Shown here piece after piece: positions 30,643 to 40,425 of a stretch of DNA of 64,000 bases. Every line of letters begins with the position of its first letter. The stretch's first letter is position 1. Source of the stretch: Chamaesiphon sp. Lineage in GTDB: Bacteria; Cyanobacteriota; Cyanobacteriia; Cyanobacteriales; Chamaesiphonaceae. The position numbers were made by a program, and so were the translations under genes. Location: positions 288,001-352,000 of the forward strand of contig CBDFFH010000005.1 in assembly GCA_965246715.1 (NCBI GenBank). The letters run 5' to 3'. The notes under the pieces are model-generated. The model was not told where the DNA came from. It saw only the letters and a program-made list of their open reading frames with translations, and did not search any database.

Positions 30643-31993
30643 TTAGGCAGGAAAACACTTCCCAAATGCCTGAAGTAGCTGGATCGATCCTTTGACCCGA
30701 ATTTTGCGTCGTACTAAAGCCCAAATAATATTCTCGTCCTTACACAGAAACCCGATCCAGGTTTTACTATCGGCAATCACAGTCAGATCTGCCTTCCCGA
30801 TGTGCCCCGTCTGCACCTGCAATGTCTTGTTTTGAATCGTCACAGTGGCTCGATCGCGTTCGGCACCAGTAAAAGTAAAGTGATAAACTGCATTCAATCC
30901 CTGCGACTGGTTTCGTTGAAATAACAGCGGTAGCCCAAACAGAAAACCCGCGATCGATTGGGGACGAATCCCACTACTGACGGGTTTGACGATTTTATGA
31001 GGAAAGCGTTTGGCAGTATAGGTTTGGGCATCCGAACCTGGGATGACATAAATCGTTTCTGTTTTGTCCTGTAAGGGTTTGACCACCTCGCGCACGAACC
31101 CCTGGCGATCGCTCAAAAATGGTGCGATGACATCTTCCCCCGCCGGACAAGCTGCCATACAGTAAGCAGCCTTATAATTGGCTTTGTAGGACAGACTTTG
31201 CCACATTGAGGCAGATTCGGCAGCACTGACTTTTTGGCGATAGTCATGGGCACTATTACTGTCAGCGATCGTTTCTACCCAATCAGTAAATCCGCTCATG
31301 AACTCGCGGTAATTGTGGGTATAGCAAGCTGAGAAATTGAAATGGCCATCTGTCGCAGATCGCCCCCACCGGACAAGCCGCAACACAGAGCTTGCAATCG
31401 ATACAGGGGTTGTAATCGATCGGCTGACTGTATGCCGTCACATCCGCATCCATCAACACCACGCCCAGCAGGATAAAATTGCCAAATTTTGGATGGATGA
31501 CATTCCGGTGCAAACCCATCTGCCCCAAGCCAGCAGCTACAGACACTGGCTTGTACGACACGATCCATACTTTCCCTGGAAACCGATCCATTTCCTGGGG
31601 AAACGCCACCGATGGATTCAAAGCGCGAATGCCAATCTGTGTCAATCTTTCAACGATCGATCGCCCCACCCGATCGATCTCCTCACCACTAGCATGAAAT
31701 TCGGTATTGGCGATCGATCTGCGCCGGACTGAGGATATTATCGCGGTTCATCCGACAGACGAAGCTAATTATGGTTTTCGCCCGTGGGAATGCTGTCTAG
31801 AATATCAGCACGTTGGTCGGCGATTTCCGGTCGATCGATCTCGACAAACCCCACATCATCGGCTCCGGCTTGCAAACACATCTCTCTCAGCGAATCAGCA
31901 TTTAGAGGCGTAAATTGGCGACAACTGAAGTTTGATGCAGTCAGATCGCTCTTTCCACCAGCGGACTGTCGGATGTTCGTCAAATTTGGTCAT
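30643..31993 (-). pseudogene. QueG-like 4Fe-4S / SCP2 domain protein, three frameshifts
   Basis: Fragments MTKFDEHP, GADDVGF, AAGLG..HPKFG, CIDCKLCVAACPVGAI, CMAACP and SCP2 tail lie in different frames. Confidence 0.85.
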
Positions 31994-31995
31994 GG

Positions 31996-32861
31996 TTAGC
32001 TCCTAGTTAAATGTATATACAGGTATCGCCGACTCAATACTTGATGTTTGGTCATCCCTTTCATCACTCGCCCCATCGTCTGCACCCTCGCCCAGCGCGG
32101 CAATGGTAACAGCGAATAGACGAGCAACTTTGACAAGAATCCAGGTAAGACGGTAGCGCTGACGACCCAAAGTAGCCAGGATCGGCACAGCAATTTCTTC
32201 AGGTGTCAAGGCTGCGCCCATCTTCATATCCGCACGGGCGGCAAACCCCGAAGCCATAGGTCCAGGCGCAGCCGCCAGCACATCGACTCCCAGCGGGGCA
32301 AGTTCGACATGCAGAGCCTCTGCTAGTGTTTGCACATAAGCCTTGGTAGCCGCGTAGTGAGCTGCATAGGGCGTGCCCTGAAACCCGACGATCGAACTCA
32401 TCAGCACCATCCCACCCCGTCCCCGTTTGGCAAACCGCCGCCCAAACTTTAGGCTCATTGCCATCAGGGCGCGACAATTGACATCGAGCATTTCTACTTC
32501 AGCTTCTAAGAGAGGCATCTAAAAATGCCCCCGATGTGCCAAAGCCAGCCGCAGCAATTAACAACCCCACATCGAGATCGCTCGTTTCAGCGTGACGATC
32601 CGTTCGATTGCGGTTGTCAGTCCCAAGTCAACACAGATAACTCGCTTACCTCGATCCCATACCGGATGCTTAAATCTGCTGCCATTTGTTGCAAGATGTC
32701 TTGAGTACGGGCAACCAAGACGAGGTTGAACCGCGCCTCCGCCAGCTTTATTGCCAGTTCTCGCGCCCGACACCAGATGAGGCACCAGTGACTATCGCCC
32801 ACGCGCCATAACGGGCGAGCAACCTTTGTTGGAGTCGATTGGGGATATTAGTTACTGTCAC
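31996..32861 (-). pseudogene. Short-chain dehydrogenase, multiply frameshifted
   Basis: NLVLVAR, AAAGFG and YAATKA in different frames; GTG start ~32861. Confidence 0.8.
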
Positions 32862-33386
32862 TATTTATTTCCTGTTATATATATGTATATACATGTATCG
32901 AATAAAATAACTACCGATCGAGTGTTTTAAGATCGGACAACAACGAGAGCAACGTTTGCCACTTTTGCGGCTCTAATCGATCGGCTAAATCAATTTGAAC
33001 CTGCTCCCAGATCGGTAAGGCTTGAGCCAATGTTTCAGAGCCGAGATCGGTCAGCGAGACAATCCTGACGCGGCGGTCTTCACCCGCTTCAATATTTATC
33101 AAGCCTTTTTTCTCCAAAAGTTTCAGATTGCGAGTCAAGGTAGTTTGGTCGGTGTATAGCTCTTGTGCTAGAGTACCGATCGCGGTGGTTCCCATCAGAT
33201 CGATCGCCACTATCAGCGTAAATTGGTTGGCTACCAACCCCACCGGGCGCAAAGCATCATTGTAAATCTGAGTCAGAATGCGGGAGGCGCGACGGACGTG
33301 CAAACCCATACAGGTTAACGGCACCTGGAAGACTCGATCGTGACTAGCTTTCAAATTTGGATCGTGCATAATATATGTATATACAC
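32011..33386. promoter_or_regulatory. Three copies of palindrome TGTATATACA (probable MarR operators)
   Basis: At 32011-32022, 32883-32894 and 33375-33386, each just upstream of a minus-strand start. Confidence 0.78.
32911..33369 (-). CDS. MarR family regulator
   Basis: CMGLHVRRASR, DQTTLTRNLKLL, EDRR. Confidence 0.92.
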   Translation of the reverse strand: MHDPNLKASHDRVFQVPLTCMGLHVRRASRILTQIYNDALRPVGLVANQFTLIVAIDLMGTTAIGTLAQELYTDQTTLTRNLKLLEKKGLINIEAGEDRRVRIVSLTDLGSETLAQALPIWEQVQIDLADRLEPQKWQTLLSLLSDLKTLDR

Positions 33387-33612
33387 ATAAGCTCGAATTG
33401 TCAATCGGTAAGCTCGATCGCCATCACTCACTCGGCGATTTACTGCCCATCGTCTGTAAGTGAAAGCTCCCTGAGACAAATTAAGAGTTCGATCGCGTAC
33501 TGAGTGAATTTATCGGCACCTAAAAAACGGATACTAGGAATTATCCAGCAACCATTTTTTAGATATTTATAATAGTAAAAATAATTATTCCAGCCCTAAC
33601 TATTCCTCATGC

Positions 33613-34314
33613 CTAAATTCCGCCAAACCATTCATAACCTTGTTCTTCCCAGTAACCTTTGCCACCTTTAGGAATTTGACTGACAAAACTAACCTTTGTC
33701 ACCCATTTTGATAGTTTGTAGCCCAATTTAATCGGTGAAGCTAGGCGTAATGGTGCGCCATTGTCGGCAGGAAGTGGTTGTCCATTCATTTGATAAGCTA
33801 GCAGGGTTTGCGGGTGAATGGCAGAAGCTAGATCCCAACTTTCGGTATATTTATCAGCCGATTGAAATAAGACATATTTAGCATTATCTTTCGGTTGAAC
33901 CATTTGAGCCAAATCGCGCAATCGGAAGCCACCCCACTGGACGATCGCCGCCCAACCTTCGACGCAAACATGTTGCATAATTATCGACGTTGGCGGAATT
34001 TGTTTTAAGGCTGTTAAGTTCAGTTCCATCGGAAATTTCACTTCGCCATCGACAGTCAATCGATACTTATCGGGGTCGATTTCAGGAGTACCCTCATAAC
34101 TATTGAGCAGGAGAGCTTTGGGATCGATCGCACTTTTGGAAAATTCAGGGATGAGCAGTTGGGGTTTGACGAGTAATTCCCCAAATGATTGATTCAATGG
34201 TTCGGACAAGTCGCCGACTTTAGCGGTGAATTCGTTGCTACAACTATTAAGTAAATAACCGATACTTGACATTCCCATTAGTTGAATGGCTTGGCGACGA
34301 GTGAGCTGATTCAT
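33613..34314 (-). CDS. Molybdopterin-dependent oxidoreductase (MsrP/YedY/sulfite-oxidase family), Tat signal
   Basis: LTRRQAIQ; HVCVEGW; GAPLRL; KLGYKLSKWV; GYWE. Confidence 0.88.
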   Translation of the reverse strand: MNQLTRRQAIQLMGMSSIGYLLNSCSNEFTAKVGDLSEPLNQSFGELLVKPQLLIPEFSKSAIDPKALLLNSYEGTPEIDPDKYRLTVDGEVKFPMELNLTALKQIPPTSIIMQHVCVEGWAAIVQWGGFRLRDLAQMVQPKDNAKYVLFQSADKYTESWDLASAIHPQTLLAYQMNGQPLPADNGAPLRLASPIKLGYKLSKWVTKVSFVSQIPKGGKGYWEEQGYEWFGGI

Positions 34315-34348
34315 GGGTTAGTGAATAGTGAATAGTGGATAGAATATT

Positions 34349-34404
34349 GTAGGGTGTGTTATCGCGTTCGCGTAGCGTCTGCCTTTGCAGAAGCGTAACG
34401 CACC
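34349..34404 (+). repeat. GTAG-type REP-like palindrome containing a nested 24-nt small dispersed repeat (34367-34390)
   Basis: GTAGGGTGTGTTATCGCG[TTCGCGTAGCGTCTGCCTTTGCAG]AAGCGTAACGCACC. Confidence 0.7.
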
Positions 34405-34440
34405 GAAGAGAATAGATCGCTATCTGTTAAATATAATTTT

Positions 34441-35040
34441 CTAGGGTTGAAACATCGAGCGAGTCAACCTCAATCCGCCAGCCCTAATCCCCATGGTGAT
34501 ATGCACTAAGATAAATAATAGAGAAATTGGCACAGTCAAAAAATGTACCGTGCGTAAAACTTGCCAATTGATAAATAACCCAGATAGCCAATGAAATTGA
34601 GCGGGCTTATACATTGCCAATCCTGAGAAGATGGCTAGGATCAGCACAGGGATAATTCCGGTATAAATCAAGCGATGCCAAGCATAGGTACGTCGCTTAG
34701 GATTTTGGGCGACCTTCAATGCTTTGAGATCTTGTTCGGAGACAAATTTTCTTTTCCATCGCTGGGTGAGAAAGATATAAATCCCATAAATTAGTAAGGT
34801 AAAGGCAAACACCCACATGGTGGTAAAATGCCAATTTCTACCGCCAGCTAACCAACCGCCTAAAGTCGCCCACTTCGGAAAAGGCCAACCATCTTTACCG
34901 CCAAATACTGGCGTAGCATTGTAGATTTGTAAGCCACTACCAATCATGATAAATAGACTGACAATAATTAAACCGTGGAGGATTTTAACAAAGTTTGTTT
35001 GTGGTGGAACGGGTGGAGATTTTTTAGCTTGTTTAGTCAT
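34441..35040 (-). CDS. Membrane cytochrome b (Ni-hydrogenase cyt b / YdhU-like), partner of the molybdoenzyme
   Basis: 4 TM with His ligands; SGLQIYNA, GGWLAGGRNWHF, RTVHF. Confidence 0.88.
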   Translation of the reverse strand: MTKQAKKSPPVPPQTNFVKILHGLIIVSLFIMIGSGLQIYNATPVFGGKDGWPFPKWATLGGWLAGGRNWHFTTMWVFAFTLLIYGIYIFLTQRWKRKFVSEQDLKALKVAQNPKRRTYAWHRLIYTGIIPVLILAIFSGLAMYKPAQFHWLSGLFINWQVLRTVHFLTVPISLLFILVHITMGIRAGGLRLTRSMFQP

Positions 35041-35071
35041 GGTAAATATCGATGATTGATGTTGCTCTAAT

Positions 35072-35764
35072 TTACAAAGGAAGTTTGGGAAACAAAGGAG
35101 CTAGCCATAATTGAAGTTCCACATCCCAACCGAGTAAGATGGCGATCGCGGTTCCTGCCATCAGTATCCCCCCGATCCGTTGAAATGCTCCGGCGTAGGG
35201 CAACAATCGCCGCGAAGAATTACTGAGGTGACGACTACTATAAGCGATCGCCAACAGCGGAATTCCGGCTCCTAAGCCGTAGACAGTTAATAATGCCAGC
35301 GCACCCAAAACCTCATGTTTGACGGCTGCTAGGACTAAAATACTGCCCAATGCTGGCCCCGCACAGGGTGTCCAGAGTAGTCCCAATTGAGTACCGATCC
35401 AGAATTCACTCCATAAGCCTGGTGTCTTTGGTTCCCAAGATTTACCGAATTGTAAAGAGCTGCTCAATCGGTAGCTCAAGGTAGGGAAAATTGCTAATAC
35501 CCCCAAGCCAAATAGTAAGCCTACCGCCACATTCCGCAACAAGTTGGCAAAACCGACAAACCAGGAACTCGCCACTCCTAACAGGCTACCGATTAGCGCG
35601 AAACCGCTCACTAATCCCAATACCAACATGACAGGGCCGAGTCGATGCGATTTGAACGATCGACCCAATACTAATGGTATAACTGGCAAGACGCAGGGGG
35701 ACAGAATAGTTAACAATCCGCCACCGAGAGCGAAACCGAAGGTGAGGGGTGAAATTTCATTCAT
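35072..35764 (-). CDS. ccdA: CcdA/DsbD-like transmembrane electron transporter
   Basis: LSPCVLP and WTPCAGP. Confidence 0.9.
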   Translation of the reverse strand: MNEISPLTFGFALGGGLLTILSPCVLPVIPLVLGRSFKSHRLGPVMLVLGLVSGFALIGSLLGVASSWFVGFANLLRNVAVGLLFGLGVLAIFPTLSYRLSSSLQFGKSWEPKTPGLWSEFWIGTQLGLLWTPCAGPALGSILVLAAVKHEVLGALALLTVYGLGAGIPLLAIAYSSRHLSNSSRRLLPYAGAFQRIGGILMAGTAIAILLGWDVELQLWLAPLFPKLPL

Positions 35765-36333
35765 GCTGCCCGCCCTAATAATTGCCGAATCTTCGCTTCA
35801 GTTTCGTCATAAGCTCCCTCGCCAATATGGTCGTAACGAATGATGCCCTGCCGATCTGCTAAAAATAAATGCGGCCAATATTCGTTCTTAAATGCTTTCC
35901 AAGTTTGGAAGTCATTATCTACGCCGACAGGGTAAGTAATCCCGTGTTTGGCGATCGCGCGGCGAATATTTTTACTATCCCGCTCGAACGGAAATTCTGG
36001 CGTATGAATCCCGATCGTCTGTAAGCCTTTAGCAGCATACTTTTTATGCCAACTGGTAACGTAGGGTAATGTGCGTTGACAATTAATGCAGCCGAGCGTC
36101 CAAATTTGGACTAAAACAACTTTACCGAGTAAATCTTTGGTCGTTAGTGGTGATGAATTCATCCATTCACTAATGCCTTGAAATTCTGGTAATTGGTTCG
36201 CAGAGGTGGCTATGTCTCCAGGTGTGACTATCGGTGATGTGGATGGACGGCTGGCGAAGCTAGCGGCTTGCCAACCGAGTGTTCCCAATCCCAGATAAGT
36301 TAAAAATTTCCGACGGGGTAATGATAAAGGCAT
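35761..36333 (-). CDS. DipZ-like thioredoxin, Tat signal (paralog of 16157-16783)
   Basis: LPRRKFL; WTLGCINC; GIHTPEF. Confidence 0.9.
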   Translation of the reverse strand: MPLSLPRRKFLTYLGLGTLGWQAASFASRPSTSPIVTPGDIATSANQLPEFQGISEWMNSSPLTTKDLLGKVVLVQIWTLGCINCQRTLPYVTSWHKKYAAKGLQTIGIHTPEFPFERDSKNIRRAIAKHGITYPVGVDNDFQTWKAFKNEYWPHLFLADRQGIIRYDHIGEGAYDETEAKIRQLLGRAA

Positions 36334-36492
36334 AATTTCAATTAGTTAGGTTGATATCTTTAATACAGGCTCGATCGACAATTGGATTTAGTTCAAGCTA
36401 TAAAATCTACAAACTTTGATAGTTTTTTAATTAAATCTACTTATCAATTGCTGTTTGTATAATCTAAAAATAATGTGTGAAAAGATCGCTGC

Positions 36493-37554
36493 TTAGATTC
36501 CTTTAAATCCCATTCTTGCTTCGACATCATGTTTGCGCTCGATCGAGTTAACTCGCTTATTTTCTAGCCGAGCGGTACGGATCTTAATCCCTACTTGACC
36601 TAAAACTAGACCGATTAAAATGATAATCCCCCCGATATATTGAGCGCGAGTCGGTACTTCATCCAGAATGAAATAGGCAGCAAGAATGCCCACGACTGGC
36701 GTAAAGGCACCAACTATCGAGACAGTGGCGATCGAGGAATGCCGCAGCCCAGCATTCCACAATGATTGCCCCACAACGACAATAATCGTGCCGTACAAGA
36801 GCATCCATTGCCACAGAAATGGCGATAACACGCCCATAAAATGGTTGGGGCCATACATCCACAAAGCCAAGCAGAAAAAGACGATCGTGCCCAGTCCCGT
36901 GCGCCCAGTATTGTAAACGCCTAGCGGTACTCGCGCTAACCACTTTTTGGTCGCAATTGTCGCGATCGATAAAAAGACCGCAGCAAGAGTTGCTACTAGT
37001 TCACCCGATCCAGGATGAGAACCAGATGCTGGCATCATTTGAGCTTTAGCAGGCTGAAGGATGACGGTGAGGACGACACCGACAAAGGCCACGCTCGATC
37101 CGATGACTTCCCAACGGTTGACTTTTTCCCGTAACAGCCAGATCGACAAGAACAGGGTCAATGGCGGTTCCAAGCGACCGATTAGTAATACAGTCGTCAC
37201 CGAAGTTAGCGATAGTGCTTCAAAGATGAAACTCGGCCCTAATGCTGTTGCTAAGGTGGCGACAAGTAGCAATCCCAACCATTCCTGCGGCGATATTTGG
37301 CTCAGGGTCTGACGGTTCAACTGATCTCGATTGAGCGGGACTAGCACCAATAGCGCGCAGAGATTGCCGACAAACAGGACATTACAGTAAGAAATCGGAT
37401 TGTGCCCGCCGACGAAATGCTGGGCACCAATTTCGGTAATCTTTCGCGTAACGGCACTAGCAGAGCCGAAGATCGGGATCGCCAACCACAGATAGATGTG
37501 TCCGGGGATGCGCGAGGTTAAGTTCGTCAGTTGTTGGGGGAATGAGGGCATCAT
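36493..37554 (-). CDS. EamA/DMT family transporter
   Basis: ~10 TM in two EamA repeats; LLREK, ILDE. Confidence 0.88.
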   Translation of the reverse strand: MMPSFPQQLTNLTSRIPGHIYLWLAIPIFGSASAVTRKITEIGAQHFVGGHNPISYCNVLFVGNLCALLVLVPLNRDQLNRQTLSQISPQEWLGLLLVATLATALGPSFIFEALSLTSVTTVLLIGRLEPPLTLFLSIWLLREKVNRWEVIGSSVAFVGVVLTVILQPAKAQMMPASGSHPGSGELVATLAAVFLSIATIATKKWLARVPLGVYNTGRTGLGTIVFFCLALWMYGPNHFMGVLSPFLWQWMLLYGTIIVVVGQSLWNAGLRHSSIATVSIVGAFTPVVGILAAYFILDEVPTRAQYIGGIIILIGLVLGQVGIKIRTARLENKRVNSIERKHDVEARMGFKGI

Positions 37555-37580
37555 GAATATGAGGGATAAGGCTCGAATCG

Positions 37581-37604
37581 TTGGCGCAGCCTCTGGGAAC
37601 GAGA
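37581..37604 (+). mobile_element. 24-nt small dispersed repeat
   Basis: TCG[TTGGCGCAGCCTCTGGGAACGAGA]ATCGC. Confidence 0.78.
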
Positions 37605-37725
37605 ATCGCTAACCGATCTGAATTGCCAGCATACCCAGATTCTAAACTTACAATCTGAGTTTCTCCTGAGAAAGCGATTAATAATTAGGTTTCAAAATTT
37701 ATCCTAATTTCTCAGTCGATATTTA

Positions 37726-38742
37726 CAGCACTTCCGTTAGTCATGAGGTACGCCAAAAGATAGTAAAGATACATTCAATAATGAAAGCATTTTCAGTCGA
37801 TCTTCGAGAAAAAATAGTTGCGGCACATCTCGATCGCCATCACTCAATTAGAGCGGTTGCTAGCATATTTACTGTTAGCAAAAGCTTTGTCCAAAAGCTA
37901 GTCAGACAACATAAGCTTGAAGGAAACTTACAGCCTAAAAAGCCAGGTAAACCACGATTAAGTTACCTGACAAATGCTGAAGTAGAGTTAAGAGAATTAG
38001 TTGCCGAACATCCCGATGCAACTTTGGCTGAACTGTGTGAATTTTTCGCTGATAAAACTGGCAATTGGGTTGGTCGAAGTGCCATGAGTGACGCATTACG
38101 AAAATTAGGCTTAAGTCGTAAAAAAAAACGGAAAGGAGCACCCAAGCTACAACAGAAAGAGTCCTAAATTTGAGAGTAGATTATTGGGAATCGGTTAAAA
38201 ATATCGACGTGAAAAACTTAGTGTTTTTAGATGAAACTGGTATTCTGCTTGGTTTAGCCAGAACTCATGCTCGGTCACAGCGGGGAACAAGAGCATATAC
38301 TTTTACCCCATTCTATCGAGGTGCAAAAGTTACCGCTATCGGCGCAATTAGCATTGAAAAAGTTGTAGCATTGATGACAATGGATAATTCAATGGATAGT
38401 AGAGCTTTTGAATTATTTGTTAAGGATTTTCTAGTGCCGGAGCTATGGCCAGGTGCCGTTGTCGTAATGGATAATTTATCCTCACACAAATTCGATTCCA
38501 TTATCCCAATGATTGAAGCTGTCGGTGCTTCTGTTATTTTCCTCTCCCCATACTCACCTGATTTTAACCCAATTGAGTTATGGTGGTCACAGCTCAAGTC
38601 TTTTTTACGAATGTTTTCACCTGCTACGACAATTATGGTGGATAGAATAATTTCACTTGCAATTGGGTTAATCGATCCTCAACATCTCAGAAATTGGTTT
38701 ACTAATTGCTGCTATTGTACCTCGTAACAACCGGAAGTGCCG
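37726..38742 (+). mobile_element. IS630-family insertion sequence (ORFs 37781-38167 and to 38727, -1 frameshift at A9, 38120-38128)
   Basis: TA duplication (37724-25 / 38743-44); IRs CAGCACTTCCG..GAGGTAC; DETG, MDNL, SPDFNPIE. Confidence 0.94.
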
Positions 38743-38943
38743 TATCGCTCGATCGTTCATGAGCAAAAGAGAACAGACATACCGATCGCCGTTCAGTGAG
38801 ATTAGTTACGATCGAGATTTAGTATTTCTCAGCAAAAATTAATCTTGCTATTAGCGTCGTCTCATAACGCGATCGAGTCTTTCGATTACAGTGAAAGAAT
38901 AACTATAAAACTGCATGAAGTAACGGTTCCCCCAAATTTTCCA

Positions 38944-40365
38944 ATGAAACCCTTCGCTAAACTCCAGGAGAGATTCCATCAAATCAAGCAGCGGCATCTC
39001 GACCCAGCTTCACTCCAGTTTCGACTCACTCTCGAAGTATCGCTGTTGTCAATCCTCGGGTTGAGTAGCGTTGCCGCTTGGACGAGTTGGAAAATGCAGC
39101 AACTTTTAATTACCACGCATACTCAGCAAGTCGAGTACATTGCCAATCGGTTTCCGCGCGATGTCGAACTTTATAGCGGTATGCTGCCAGTTAACGAGGG
39201 ACTACAAAAAACAATCGATAATGTCTCGGTACCAGGATTAGCAATCTGGGTCAAAAATCCCGATGGCCAACAGATTCTGGCACAGTCGAGTAAAGTGAGT
39301 GCCGAATTGATGTCGATCGCCCAGATGCCACTCCAGCCGCAGGTTTATCGAGTTGGAGATCGCTATCTAATTTTGTATCGAGGGGATCTAACGGCCAAAA
39401 ATCAGCCGCTGGGTAAGGTGTACATGTCACAGGATGTCACTACCGAGCAATACCAACTAATTACCGCCATTCAAGGTCTCACTGCCGTTTGTATTTTAGC
39501 AACCCTCTTTACTATCCTGGCGATCGCCATCCGGATTCGCCGTTCGCTCCAACCTTTGCAGGAGATGAGTCAGATGGCGGGGGCGATTTCTGCCGCAGAT
39601 CTAAATAACGCGCAATTGCAATTGAATAACGCTCCAACTGAAGTTAAGGAGTTAGCCCAAGCTTTTAATCTCATGCTGTCGCGGTTGGGGGATACTTGGG
39701 AGCAACAACGGCAGTTTATCGGTAATATTTCCCATGAGTTACGCACGCCATTAACAGTGGTATCGGGCTATCTTCAGAGCTTATTACGTCGGGGTAATAA
39801 CCTCAATGATTACCAACGCGAAGCCCTCGAAACAGCCGGAGCCGAAGCAGATCGTACCATCAATCTACTGCAAGATTTACTAGATTTGGCACGAGCGGAT
39901 AGTGGTTATACTCGTTATCATTTAGAACCGTTATTGTTGAACGAATTAGTGACAGAAGTAGTCGATATGACCGCAAGATTTGGCGAGCGATCGATTCAAG
40001 TTGTCGCAACAGAAAATGTTGAAGCGATCGTCGATCGCGAGCGATTGAAACAGGTATTAATCAATCTCTTAGATAATGCGATTAAATATTCAACAGCAAC
40101 ACAACCGATCGATTTGATTATCGAACAACACGATAAACAGGCAATTATTCGCATTCGCGATCGCGGAATTGGGATTCCGCTGCAAGATCGGGGGCGGATT
40201 TTTGAACGCTTTTATCGAGTCGATAAAGATCGCGCCCGCACGACTGGCGGCTATGGATTGGGATTGGCGATCGTCAAAACACTCGTAGAAGGGATGGGTG
40301 GTAAAATTATGGTGCGTTCGACAGTAGGTGAAGGGAGCGAGTTTACGATCGCCTTCCCTAAATGA
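38944..40365 (+). CDS. Membrane HAMP sensor histidine kinase (OmpR-partner type)
   Basis: 2 TM, HAMP, SHELRTPL, NLLDNAIKY, FERFYRVD, GLGLAI. Confidence 0.93.
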   Translation: MKPFAKLQERFHQIKQRHLDPASLQFRLTLEVSLLSILGLSSVAAWTSWKMQQLLITTHTQQVEYIANRFPRDVELYSGMLPVNEGLQKTIDNVSVPGLAIWVKNPDGQQILAQSSKVSAELMSIAQMPLQPQVYRVGDRYLILYRGDLTAKNQPLGKVYMSQDVTTEQYQLITAIQGLTAVCILATLFTILAIAIRIRRSLQPLQEMSQMAGAISAADLNNAQLQLNNAPTEVKELAQAFNLMLSRLGDTWEQQRQFIGNISHELRTPLTVVSGYLQSLLRRGNNLNDYQREALETAGAEADRTINLLQDLLDLARADSGYTRYHLEPLLLNELVTEVVDMTARFGERSIQVVATENVEAIVDRERLKQVLINLLDNAIKYSTATQPIDLIIEQHDKQAIIRIRDRGIGIPLQDRGRIFERFYRVDKDRARTTGGYGLGLAIVKTLVEGMGGKIMVRSTVGEGSEFTIAFPK

Positions 40366-40425
40366 AACCTCAATGGTGGGAAAATACTAATTCTTTATAA
40401 TCGATCGTTTTGGAGTAGAGAAACA

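Noticed and set aside
34319..34342. Heptamer tandem repeat (TAGTGAA)
   Set aside because: Common cyanobacterial STRR-type repeat, only ~3 units
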